From Octopus sinensis (Eukaryota): a DNA stretch of 64,000 nucleotides. Shown here in pieces: positions 39,723 through 51,147 of the stretch. Positions within the stretch are counted from its first letter, which is position 1. Every line of letters begins with the position of its first letter. The notes under the pieces are model-generated. The model was not told where the DNA came from. It ran no database searches and saw only the letters and a list, made by a program, of their open reading frames with translations. Position numbers and translations under genes: made by a program. The stretch is from positions 52,824,001-52,888,000 of the forward strand of contig NC_043010.1 of the NCBI RefSeq assembly GCF_006345805.1, in the 5' to 3' direction.

Positions 39723-39789
39723 ATTTTCTCACGTTCCTGATCGTTAAACTAATACACCTGTCTTCAGCTTTTGTTTTTCTGTAACTTTC

Positions 39790-39820
<31 letters not shown>

Positions 39821-40038
39821 CAAGGGTATGCTGAAAAGTTCCTGGTTTTGAGTAAAAGAAAATACAGTAGGATCAGTTAATTATGATTTTATTCAACATA
39901 TTCCTATCTTGGATTCACAAACTTATTGCAGCAGTCCTTCAGTTTTTTTAAGCCCTGCTAAAGAACTCAGAAAGTTGGGTCTCCGACCAGGCCTTTCGCG
40001 ATACCCTTAAAGCCAGGAACTTTTCAGCACCCCCCTTG
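39821..40038 (+). mobile_element. Mariner-type MITE, copy 2 (218 bp)
   Basis: ~29-bp TIRs CAAGGGTATGCTGAAAAGTTCCTGGTTTT / AAAGCCAGGAACTTTTCAGCACCCCCCTTG, TA both sides, collinear with copy 1. Confidence 0.88.
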
Positions 40039-41460
40039 TATTTCACTTTGTCCCATTTCTGAACGAAGTCCAAGCATATTGTTGTCCATTGGCTGTTATC
40101 ATTACTGGCTTATTTATGCTGGTTATGAAGCTGATATGCCCATGTTGATCAATTACACATTGAACAGAAGGAAGGGACCCCATCAATACATGGGAGGGAT
40201 CTGAACTCAGAACTTACCCCTAAGAAAAGATAATGCAAAACAGCAGTCTGATACTCTCAGAATTTTGCCAATCTTTCAACCTGACAGCACTGGATTAACC
40301 ATTAAGCAAAAGAACGTACTAGGGGCATCACAGAAAGGATAAATGGTTTACAATACAAAAGTAATCATTTTAAAATTGCTAAAGTGGTTTATGTGATAAG
40401 AAATATAATTTCGTTGTGTTCATGGTGTCAAAGTGAGGATCTAATCAAAGACTTTGCAATTAAAAGAAGTAGGAGAAAACTTTTCAAATATAAGATGGAA
40501 GTCTACAAATATAAACTTTATTTTCCATCTTGCTGTTAGTTTTGATTCATTTTGAAAAATAAAAATTTGTTCTATGGTTTTTTTTTTATTGTTTGTATTT
40601 TGAAAGGAATTTCAACTGTGTTTCGTGGTCTGCTACCACAACAGATCCTTTATAGGATCCAGTTAGCTCAAGACATCATCAGGAGGAACCTCGTCCAGTT
40701 TCGGCCCCTACTCCTCTACCGTTTTGACATGGCGGGCCCCCACCTTTCGGAGGTGTCTTCAGCTCTGGTGTTGGGTGCATGTCTTCTTTCTTCTTTTCCC
40801 TGGCCTCTTCGATGTAGCATCAACGAGTGTCAGCGGGCGATTGACTGTCATGTCAAATTTCCATTTAAATACCTGCTGCCAGGCTCCAGCAGGCAGCCCT
40901 AGCAAGTTGTCACATGACACTGTCTTAACTTGAACTGACCAATGAAGGCACGTTACATATTCAAATTCTGCCGAGGGTGACTTTGCCTTTCATGGGTTGA
41001 TAATATAAGTACCAGTTAAACACTGGGGTCAATGTAATCGACTTCCCTGCCACCAAACTTACTGGCCTTGTGCCAAAATTTGAAATCAATATATATTTTA
41101 AATTACATCACCAAAACCTTTTAAGTGTTTAGGGCTTTGATGGGTCTTGATCTGGCCCTGCATCCTGGACTGGACTGGACTGGACTAAACTGGATCTTTA
41201 TTTACTGACCCCCCCCCAAAAAAAAAGAAAAAAAGCAAAACTGACTATGGTGAAATTTGAACTAGAAGAGCAGAGAGCTGGGAAGAAAAGTTAAAGGCAT
41301 TATCTTTGTCCTAACTTCATCAGTTCACTGCCATTATTGCCACTTGTATTTTGTATTAATTCCATTTTCGTCTTCATCATCATCGTTTAACGTCCGTTTC
41401 CCATGATGGCATGGGTCGGACAGTTTGAAAGGAGCTGACCAGCTGCAGAGCTGTTCAGGT

Positions 41461-41731
41461 TCATAGGGCCGGTTTCTTGGTTTCCTTGGCGTATAGGTTC
41501 CCCACCTGGACGGGACGCCAGTCTGTCGCAGGTGAGCTGTAAGATGCAGGAGGAAAGAGTGAGAGAAAGTTGTGGTGAAAGAGTCAGCAGAAGTTCAACA
41601 TTACCTTCTGCCGGATCCACATGGAGCTTAGGTATTTTGCTCATAAACACACACATTGCCTAATCTGAGATTCGAACCCACGATCCCTTGACCACGAGTC
41701 TGCAGCTCTAACCACTAGGCCATGTGCCTTC
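41461..41731 (-). mobile_element. SINE family D
   Basis: tRNA head TGGCCTAGTGGTTAGAGC...GGGTTCGAATCTCAG on the minus strand; inverted partner of 42344-42645. Confidence 0.88.
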
Positions 41732-42343
41732 ACTATCCATCAGTTATGGCTTAACCAATTTCTCAGTCCATTGTGTTTCTGTTTTTTTTTTCTTTCCAGC
41801 TTCTGTCTAAGATTTAAAATTTAGTTTCATCTCATGGTTTGCTTCAACTTATCTTATTTTGCTTCATCTATTTTCCAAACTCCAAAAAAACCACGTTCTT
41901 TCCAATTAGCATTACTTTTGCACATGTCTTGTCTTAATTCTGTCATATAGCCAAAAGGCTTTCTATGAATACAAATATCTGTGTCATTTATTTTATTTAT
42001 CATTACTGTCTTCCATTTTTATTTTATGTATATTTTCTTGTTTTCCTCATAACTTCTCTTTACAGATCAGTCGAGAGACTTCATTTCTTTCTTTTCTTTT
42101 TTTTTTTTTCTTGTCTTACTTTGTCTTTCATGTTTGCTCATTCATACCCCAGCATGTTTCTGCTACTGATGCTACCAGATTGAACAATATCACAGATAAC
42201 GTGTCGAAATGGTGATGATTTTTGGTCGATAACTGATGAGGGGGGTGAGTATGTCCCCATCCTTTGTGTATTTCTTCTTGTTTTCTATATGTTCATTTGC
42301 CATCCTCGGGGCCACATTTTACAATACTTACATTTTACATAGT

Positions 42344-42645
42344 GGAGGCACCTGGCCTAGTGGTTAGAGCAGCGGACTCACGGTTGAGGGATTGCAGGTT
42401 CGAATCTCAGACTGGGCAATGTGTGTGTTTATGAGTGAAACACCAAAGCTCCACACGGCTCCGGCAGAAGGTAATGGCGAACTTCTGCTGACTCTTTCAC
42501 CACAACTTTCTCTCACTCTTTTCTCCTGCATCTTGCAGCTCACCTGCGACGGACTGGCGTCCCATCCAGGTGAGGAACCTATACGCCAAAGAAACCAGGA
42601 AACCGGCCCTTATGAGCCAGGCTTGGCTCAAGAAGGAACAAACAA
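42344..42645 (+). mobile_element. SINE family D
   Basis: TGGCCTAGTGG A-box, GGTTCGAATC B-box, body collinear with the 41461-41731 copy. Confidence 0.88.
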
Positions 42646-42666
42646 CATTTTACATACAAACATATG

Positions 42667-42703
<37 letters not shown>

Positions 42704-42739
42704 ACGTGCATGTGTGCGTGCTTGTGCTAAAATCGTCCT

Positions 42740-43388
42740 CGACGGAATTTGAACTCGGAACTTAAAAATGGACAGAATGCTGTGAGGCATTTTGCCCAGC
42801 ATTCTAATGGTTCTGCCAGCTTGCTTCATCACCACCACCACCACCACCACCAACAACAACAGCAATAAAAATGATTTCAAATTCTGACACCAGGCCAGCA
42901 ATTTTGGGGAAGTGGCTAAGTTGATTACATCAACCCCAGTGCTTCACTGGTACTTATTTTATAGACCCCAAAAGGATAAAAGGCAAAGTTGACCTCAGCA
43001 GAATTTGAACTCGGAACGTGAATACAGATGAAATTCTGCAAAGCATTTCATTTGGCATGCTAATGTTTCTTATTTCTTATTTCTTTATTGCCCACAAGGG
43101 GCTAAACATAGAGGGGAAAAACAAGGATAGACAAAGAAATTAAGTCGAATACATCAACCCCAGTGCATAACTGGTACTTAATTAAGTACCCCAAAATAGT
43201 TTTCAGGCAATTCTTGTACACGGATCCTTTACTTGCTCCTCAGAAAAAAAGTTTGGGGCCGATGGACCCCAAAAGGATGAAAGGCAAAGTTGACCTCGGC
43301 AGAATTTGAACTCAGAGCGTAGCAGCAGATGAAATACCACTAAGCATTTCGCTCGGCATGGAAACGCTTCTGCCAGCTCGCTGCCTTA
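42740..43388 (-). mobile_element. Chain of SINE family A copies/fragments
   Basis: GAATTTGAACTC at ~42765, 43000 and 43300. Confidence 0.82.
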
Positions 43389-43976
43389 ACAACAACAATA
43401 ATAACAAGCAAAAAAAAAAGATAATAATATGATGGTAATAGCTTGTATCTCTATGTAGTTGTTTGATTTACCTGAAATAACAACCTAATCTCCCTCAAAT
43501 TACATAACCTACCATAAACTATGACCTGAAGAAAGGGTGGGTAAAGGAAAAGGAAAAGGAAAAAAAACTGGCAGACTGATCACAGATGAATTGCCTTTGA
43601 ACATTGATCTGTTTGAACAGGCCTGATCTGGATCAAAACATCAATAAGATGATATGTCACATAGATGGAAAAAAGAAAAAAAAGGCATTACCATAATGAT
43701 GTATTCAGACATCTGCTGATCGGTCAGTTGTCTGGGTCATTATTCTGCAGTTTTCTACACTTATATGGCGCTGATTCAACATAGCTGATAGAATATTCTA
43801 CGCATACAATGTGCCGATTCCACACAGCAAACAGAATTTCTAATATCAAAGTGCATTGCCTATAATTTCAGTCACCAGAGATGCATATGTAAAGAGGGAA
43901 CCACCATATGCATGACTGATCTGGTGGAAGCAGCAGCTAAATTTCTAGCAAATCACACTACCATTTGTGTTTCTTC

Positions 43977-44012
<36 letters not shown>

Positions 44013-44244
44013 TATCATCATCATCACCATCACCACCACCAACATCATCATCATCACCATCACCAAAACCACCACCACCATCAACACATCATCATCATCA
44101 TCATCTCATCATCTAATGTCCATGTTCCATGATGACAGGTTGGAAGGTCTGACAGGATCCATGGCAAAAGGACGTGAAAACAAAACAAGGACTATATATA
44201 TATATATATATGTGTCTGTGTGTGCATGAATACATATATATATA

Positions 44245-44302
<58 letters not shown>

Positions 44303-44366
44303 TATATATATATGTATATATTATATATACATATATATATTATATAAATATATATATACATATATA

Positions 44367-44590
44367 GGGGCAGGTATGGGGAATGGTAAGAAGTTAGCTT
44401 CCCAACCACATGGTTCCAGATTCAGGCCCACTGTGTAGCCCCTTGGGCAAGTGTCTTCTGCTATAGCCTCAAGCTGACCAAAGCCTTATGAGTGGATTTG
44501 GTAGATAAAAACTGTAAGAAGTCAGTTGTGTGTGTGTTTGTGTGTGAGTGTGTGTCTTTAAGTCTGTGTTTGTCCTCTACCACAGCAAAA
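44367..44590 (+). mobile_element. SINE family B, 3'-truncated
   Basis: Head and CCTTGGGCAAGTGTCTTCTGCTATAGCC. Confidence 0.8.
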
Positions 44591-44643
44591 GATATCTATC
44601 TCTCTGTCTGTCTGTCTGTCTCTCCATGTATATATATATATTA

Positions 44644-44678
<35 letters not shown>

Positions 44679-44781
44679 TGTATATATATACATATATATA
44701 TATAGAAATTGATATTAATCAATTAAAACCAGAGGCCTAGCATATTCTTAAAAAATCCGAAGATTAAAAATTTTTTACATA

Positions 44782-44867
44782 CAAAATTTAGAGGACTGAC
44801 CACTAAAAGTGGACAGCCTATATAGATATAGACCGTCCACTTTTAGTGGTCTGTCCTCTAAATTTTG
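44782..44867. repeat. 86-bp near-perfect palindrome
   Basis: Arms 44782-44822 and 44827-44867, 38/41 complementary, 4-nt spacer. Confidence 0.9.
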
Positions 44868-45334
44868 ATATATATATATATATTATATATATATACACAT
44901 ACATATACACACATATATACACACATACACACACGCATGATAGAAACGAGCTAAGAGAAATCGCTCAGAGTGGTCAATGATGTGAATTTGAACAACAAGG
45001 ATAAAGAAAATTATACGAAATACCACAAGAAACGAATCCTTGATTTGCTGAAGCCATCTTCGCTCCAAGAAGTGAAAGTAAGCAAATATATCTGGAGGAA
45101 ATTGCTTCTGAGAGTGAATGAGAAGCACAGATAATCACAAGAAATCAACAAACTTCCCCAAATAAAAATATCAAAGGGGAAAAGACGGATTATGCAATGA
45201 AAACATTGCACTTCTGATAATCTAGACATGACATGGAGTTCCTTAATGCAAAATCAATTTTTTTTCTGGTGATCTCCACATTGGATAGAGGTCAGAAAGA
45301 AAATGCATTTCGTGTTATGGAACTCTATGATGAT

Positions 45335-45776
45335 CTTTCTTTTACTTGTTTCAGTCGTTTCATTGTGGCCATGCTGGTGCACTGCCTCAAAGTGTTTCTG
45401 TCAAGCAATTTAACCCTAGGACTTGTTTCTAAGCCTAGTACTTATTCTATTGGAAATTTTTGTTGCACTTCTAAGTTACTGGGATGTAAATACACCAACA
45501 CTGGTCGTCAAGCAATGATGGTGGGGACAAATGCAGACACAAAGACACACACAGACAGACAGACAGACAGACACACACACACATACACACACACACACAC
45601 ATATATATATATATGACAGGTTTCTTTCAGTTTCTGTCTACCAAATCCACTCACAAGGCTTTGGTCAGGCCAAGGCTATAGTAGGAGACACTTGCCCAAG
45701 GTGCTACACAGTGGGATTGAACCCGGAACCATGTGGTTGGGAATCAAGCTTCTTACCATGCAACCGTGTCTGTGCC
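45335..45776 (-). mobile_element. SINE family B, full length
   Basis: Reverse complement of family B from tail to head. Confidence 0.87.
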
Positions 45777-45805
45777 TCTGTGTGTGTATGTGTGTGTGTG
45801 TGTAG

Positions 45806-45843
<38 letters not shown>

Positions 45844-45934
45844 CTGTGTTATAAGAAGCTTGTTTCCCAAACACCTGGTTCTGGGTTCAATCCCATTGTG
45901 TGACAGCATGGACAATTGTCTTCCACTATTGCCC

Positions 45935-46603
45935 TATTGGTCCCTAGAGCAGTGGAAGAATGTTATATTCTCGGATGAGTCATCCTTTACCTTATTTCTG
46001 ACCACCGGCCGAGTATACATGTGAAATTAGCCAAAAGAAGCATTTGACCCAGACTGCCTTCTTCTAACTCTTAAACATGGAGCAGGATGTGTGATGATCT
46101 GGGGAGCTATATCTTGGAAATCTGCCAGCCTAATGGTTTCCCTTCATGGTAGAATTAATAGTCAAGACTATTTAAGCATTTTATCTGATCAAATTCATCC
46201 TATGGTTGCGGAACTGTTTCCGCAGGGAAGCACAATCTTTGAGTATGATAATGCACCAATTCATACAGCTAAAGTTGTTACTGAATGGTACAAGGAACGT
46301 TCTAGTGAATTTGAACATCTTATCTGGCCACCACAGTCCCCAGATCTCAATATTATTGAACATTTATGGTGCATTTTAGAAAAATAAGTAAGGAGCCGAT
46401 ATCCTCAACTATCATCACTACAAGAACTGGAAAATGTTTTAACTGATGAATGGACAAAAGTTCCTTTGGAAACATTTCAAACTTTGTACAAGTCCATACT
46501 TCATAGAATTCAAACTGTAATTACTGCCAAAAAGGCAGTCCTACTCCATATTAAAATAAATTGTTTGAAATTTTACAGTGCTTCCATTATTTGTCCAACC
46601 CCG
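45935..46603 (+). mobile_element. Tc1-family transposon 3' half, DD36E transposase pseudogene
   Basis: WSLEQWKNVIFSDES (D 45974), VMIWG, YDNAPIH (D 46247), WPPQSPDLNIIEHLW (E 46358), all in one frame with three stops. Right TIR-like end ...CCATTATTTGTCCAACCCCG|TA. Confidence 0.92.
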
Positions 46604-46626
46604 TATGAATATATATATATATATAT

Positions 46627-46660
<34 letters not shown>

Positions 46661-46663
<3 letters not shown>

Positions 46664-46937
46664 TGCTGGTCAATGCCCCCGACTGGCTCCCATCGGTGGC
46701 ATGTAAAAAGCACCTCTGTACAGGTCAAACCAATGCCTCGAACTGGCTCCTGTGCTGGTGGTATGTAAAAGCACCCACTACACTCTTGGAGTGACTGGTG
46801 TTAGGAAGGGCATCCAGCTGTAGCAACCTTGCCAGATCAGATTGGAGCCTGGTGTAGCCTACTGGCTTGCCAGTCCTCAGTCAAACCATCCAACCCATAC
46901 CAGCTTGGAAAATTGACGTTAAACAATGATGATGATG

Positions 46938-46940
<3 letters not shown>
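46661..46940 (+). mobile_element. RTE LINE 3' UTR fragment
   Basis: Two subrepeats, terminal block and (GAT)n tail. Confidence 0.8.
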
Positions 46941-46971
<31 letters not shown>

Positions 46972-47375
46972 ACACAGAGAGGATGGTCATGGCTGGAACA
47001 TCTTTGATCATAGGCCTACTTCATCAGTGTTTACCTGAGCTGAACAACAGCACTGAAGTATTTTTTTCGTCCTTTGTCATAGCCTTCACACACCTTTCCC
47101 CACTCACCCACCCATCTATCACCCCCAGCACTTATTTTCTCCTCCCTAAATATACACCTGAGCCACCTCCAGCCATGCCCTACTGACTGACAGGCGCAAA
47201 CATTTTATTCTGTTAATCTCCTTCACAATGGCCTGCTGCCTTCCTCTCCTCATACATCATATTTACCTCTCTCCCTCTCTGGTTCTCTGTCTCTCTCCCT
47301 CTTTTCTTCTTTGTGTATGTATGTGTGTATATGTATGCATGTATGTGTGTATATATGTGTGTGTGTATGCATATG

Positions 47376-47407
<32 letters not shown>

Positions 47408-47473
47408 TATGTATGTATGTATGTATGTGTGTATATATGTGAGTACATGTATATATATGTGTGTGTATACCTA

Positions 47474-47524
<51 letters not shown>

Positions 47525-47735
47525 TTGTATCTTATTTTCTTAAAATCGCTTGCTGTCTAAGACCATCTATTTTAAAACACACACACAAACACACGTGCAA
47601 ACACACACTTATACACACACATCTCTCTTTCTCGCTACCTCTCCCCTGCCCCTTTCTCCCCTCTCTTCCGCTTACTCTTACTCAATATCTGCACCTTCTC
47701 CCCCCCTCCCCCCCCACTTCTGAACCTTATGCAGC

Positions 47736-47835
47736 NNNNNNNNNNNNNNNNNNNNNNNNNNNNNNNNNNNNNNNNNNNNNNNNNNNNNNNNNNNNNNNNN
47801 NNNNNNNNNNNNNNNNNNNNNNNNNNNNNNNNNNN
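47736..47835. other. Assembly gap, 100 N
   Basis: 100 N characters; a round size typical of scaffold joins of unknown length. Confidence 0.99.
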
Positions 47836-47959
47836 TCTGATGTCATAACCATTTGACCTACTAGCAAGCTTTCTCAGTATAATGTGATAAAATAACCTTT
47901 AATTCGATTTTCAGCTGTGAGATCGCTTCCAGCTGCCTCCATCTTACTATGCCATATTC

Positions 47960-48050
47960 CTTTCTTTCTTTTACTCAAACATTTCTTCCTTCTTTCATTC
48001 TGCCCTGCCTCTCTTCTTCTCCATCTCTCTCTTGCTTTTCCTCTATCTTG

Positions 48051-48090
<40 letters not shown>

Positions 48091-49330
48091 CTCCCTGTGT
48101 CTTGTTCCCTCTTTCTCTTTCCCCCCCTCTACCTTGCTCTCTCTCTCGCTCTCTCTTTCTCTCTCACTCCTTCTATCTTGCTCTCTTTCACTTTCTCTCC
48201 CCTCTCTCTTTCTCTCTCTAACTTGCTCTCCCTCTCACTCTCTGTCTCTCTCCCTCTCTCTCTCTTTCTCTCACTCACTCTCTCTCTCACTCTGATTCCT
48301 TCACTCTCTGTCTCTCTCTCCCTCTCCCTCTCTCTCCCTCTCCCTCTGTCTCTCTTTCTCTCACTCTCTGTCTCTCGCTCAATCTCTCTCTCACTCTCTG
48401 TCTCTCTCTCTCTCCCTCACTCTCTGTCTCTCTCTCCCTCTCACTCTCTGTCTCTCTCTCTCACTCTCTCTTTCTCTCACTCTCTGTCTCTCTCTCACTC
48501 TCTGTCTCTCTTTCTCTCACTCTCTCTCTCTCTCTCTCTCTTTCTTCACTCTCTGTCTCTCCCTCTCACTCTGTCCCCTCTCTATCACTCTCTGTCTCTC
48601 TACTAATACTTCTCTCTACTAATACTTATTACATTTGAAGCTGATAAAGAACTGTTCCATCTTATTCTTCTTGGTTAACTTTGGTTGACTGCATTGTTGG
48701 TTAATTAGTTAATTAACTACTTGCTTGCTTGCTTAATTGGTTACTTAGTTTAAATGCTTGGCTGGTCAACTTGTTGACTGGTTGGCTGGTTGTTAATTCT
48801 AGTCTTACCTTGCTTTCTCTTCATTATTATTCTTCTATTTCACAGTTCCTCCCATTTTTTTTCTAATTTAACATCACTCTATTTCTCACTGTCTTCTTCT
48901 TCTTCTTCCTCCTCCTCCACCTCTCCTTCTTTTCCCTCCACCTCTTTTTTCCTCTTCTCTCCTCCTCCTCCTCCTTCTCCCTCCCTTTCTCATCTTTCTT
49001 TTCCTTCTTTGTCTTTTCCCTGATGTTGTTTATCATCATCATTGCTGTGTTGTTGTTGTTGTTCTTCTTCTTCTTCTCTTCTTCTTCTTCTCCTCCTTCT
49101 TCTTCTTCTTCTCCTCCTCATCATCATCTTTCTTCTTCTCCTCCCCCTCCTCCTTCTCCCTCCCCCTCCTTTTCTTCTTCTCCTCCTCCTTCTTCTCCCC
49201 ACTTCCTCCTCCTCCTTCTTCTTCTTCTTCTTCTTCTTCTTCTCCTCCCCTCTTCCTTCTTCTTCTTCTTTTTGTTATCTTCTCCTTCCTTATCTTGATC
49301 ATTCTTATTAATCTTCTTCATGCATCGTAA
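47960..49330. repeat. Polypyrimidine low-complexity tracts (CT)n and (TCT/TCC)n
   Basis: Direct inspection. Confidence 0.92.
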
Positions 49331-49339
49331 TATTTTTAC

Positions 49340-50600
49340 TTCATTTCTTCCTGTCTGTTTTCATCACAGTTCTTCTCGATCTTAATTTATCTTGACCTTC
49401 TGAAGACGACTTTTTCATTTTCATCTCAAACAATTTTCTTCTTGATTTTTTCCTAAACTTCTTCTCAATTTTCTTTATTTTCCTTGGTTTTCTCAATTCT
49501 TCCTTATCTCCTCGCTTCTTATTCCTCTTAATATTCTCAATCCGTTTGCTCTTGATTTTCTTCCTTATTTCACATGTCCTTCTTGATCTTTCCATTTCAC
49601 TTTAGTCTTCTTGATCCCTTTCTCAACTCATCTTATTCTACATGATCTCTTGACTTTTACCTTCATAACCCACCATCACTTTCATTTTTCAGTTTTTGGT
49701 GTTGGTGTATCTTCCTCTCCATTCATCTTGATCTACCTCATCTTGTTCTTTTTGATACTCTCAATCCATTTTGTCCTTGACTTCCTTCTCAATATATCCC
49801 AATATCCCATACTTCTTGATCTTCTCAATCCTTCTTGAACTCGAGCCTTCTATCAATTCATCTTGTTCTACTTGATCTTCCTCTCAGTTAATCTTGTTCT
49901 TCTTGATCTTCCTCTCACTTCATCTGGTTCAGCTTAATCTTCTTCTCAATTTTCTTTATTTTCCTTGCTTTTCTCAATTCTTCCTTATCTCCTCGCTTCT
50001 TCTTATTCCTCTTAATATTCTCAATCCATTTGCTCTTGATTTTCTTCCTTATTTCACATGTCCTTCTTGATCTTTCCAATTCACTTTATTCTTCTTGATC
50101 CCTTTCTCAACTCATCTTATTCTTCATGATCTCTTGACTTTTACCTTCATAACTCCCCTCACTTTTCTTTCCTTTTTTTTCTTTTTTTGGTGTTGGTGTA
50201 TCTTCCTCTCCATTCATCTTGATCTACCTCATCTTGTTCTTTTTGATACTCTCAATCCATTTTGTCCTAGACTTCCTTCTCAATATATCCTTCTCGATCT
50301 TCTCAATCCTTCTTGAACTTGATCTTTCGATCAATTCATCTTGTTCTACTTGATCTTCCTCTCAGTTAATCTTGTTCTTGATCTTCCTCTCAATTCATCT
50401 GGTTCAGCCTAATCTTCCTCTCAATTTATGTAGTTCTTTCTGATCTTCCCTTCAGTTCATCATGTTCTTCTTGATCTTCCTCTTCATTCATCTTGTTCAT
50501 TTTGATCTTCTCAATACATTTTGATCCTTGATTCTCTTCTCAATACATCTTGTTCTTATTGATCTTCCTCTCAAGTCATCTTGATTTTTCTCAATTCATC
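49340..50600. repeat. Pyrimidine-rich ~31-bp minisatellite containing a ~480-bp tandem duplication
   Basis: Unit TTGATCTTCCTCTCAATTCATCTTGTTCTTC, clearest at 50350-50500; duplication 49461-49941 / 49942-50416. Confidence 0.85.
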
Positions 50601-50756
50601 TTATTTATTTTGATCTTTATGATTTCAATCATTCCTGCTTACTTTAATTTTTCTTGCATTATACCTTTTAATGTATATTTGAGTAAATTATAAGATGTGT
50701 GTGTATGTGTGCGTGCATATGCATGCATGTTGTGTTGGCCATAATAAAGGGTGTTA

Positions 50757-51147
50757 TCTATATATATAAAACTGAAGCTGTCTGTGTGTGGCAGGTTTGG
50801 TAGCCTTCAACTAACACTATTTCCTCCAAGATCCTGCGGCACAAGTTGACCAAAACTCAGAGTATGATAGAAGAAGGCTTGCTCTTCATTCCGTAGAAGG
50901 AAAAAATTCAAATCGGACCATGTTAACACCAAAAATTATTTACATCAAAAAGGTGCTTTTTTTTCTATGAAAATCCCTATTTTTACGATTTTTTTACTGC
51001 TGTGTCACCATTTTACGGTGTATTTCAACCAGAAAAATGTTTACTTAAAGAAAATAATAAGCTACATAATGCAAAATTTTTGCTTTTCAAAAATTCCAAT
51101 TCTAAAGGGTCAAAACAAACCAGAGCAACGCCGGGTGATACTGCTAG
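50757..51147 (+). mobile_element. Non-autonomous Helitron, copy 2 (391 bp)
   Basis: A|TC 5' end, CTAG|T 3' end, subterminal GC-rich CCAGAGCAACGCCGGG hairpin remnant, no TSD. Confidence 0.87.

Noticed and set aside
40207-40225. AG-GG-GTAAGT on minus as a recursive or 2-nt splice site
   Set aside because: It lies in a decayed SINE A and is not a direct AG|GT junction.
40600-40690. CTGATGA...GAAA on minus as a hammerhead
   Set aside because: Stem II does not close next to the core, and there is no UH site with a paired stem I.
42232-42262. CTGATGA followed by a GGGG/CCCC stem
   Set aside because: No GAAA after the stem.
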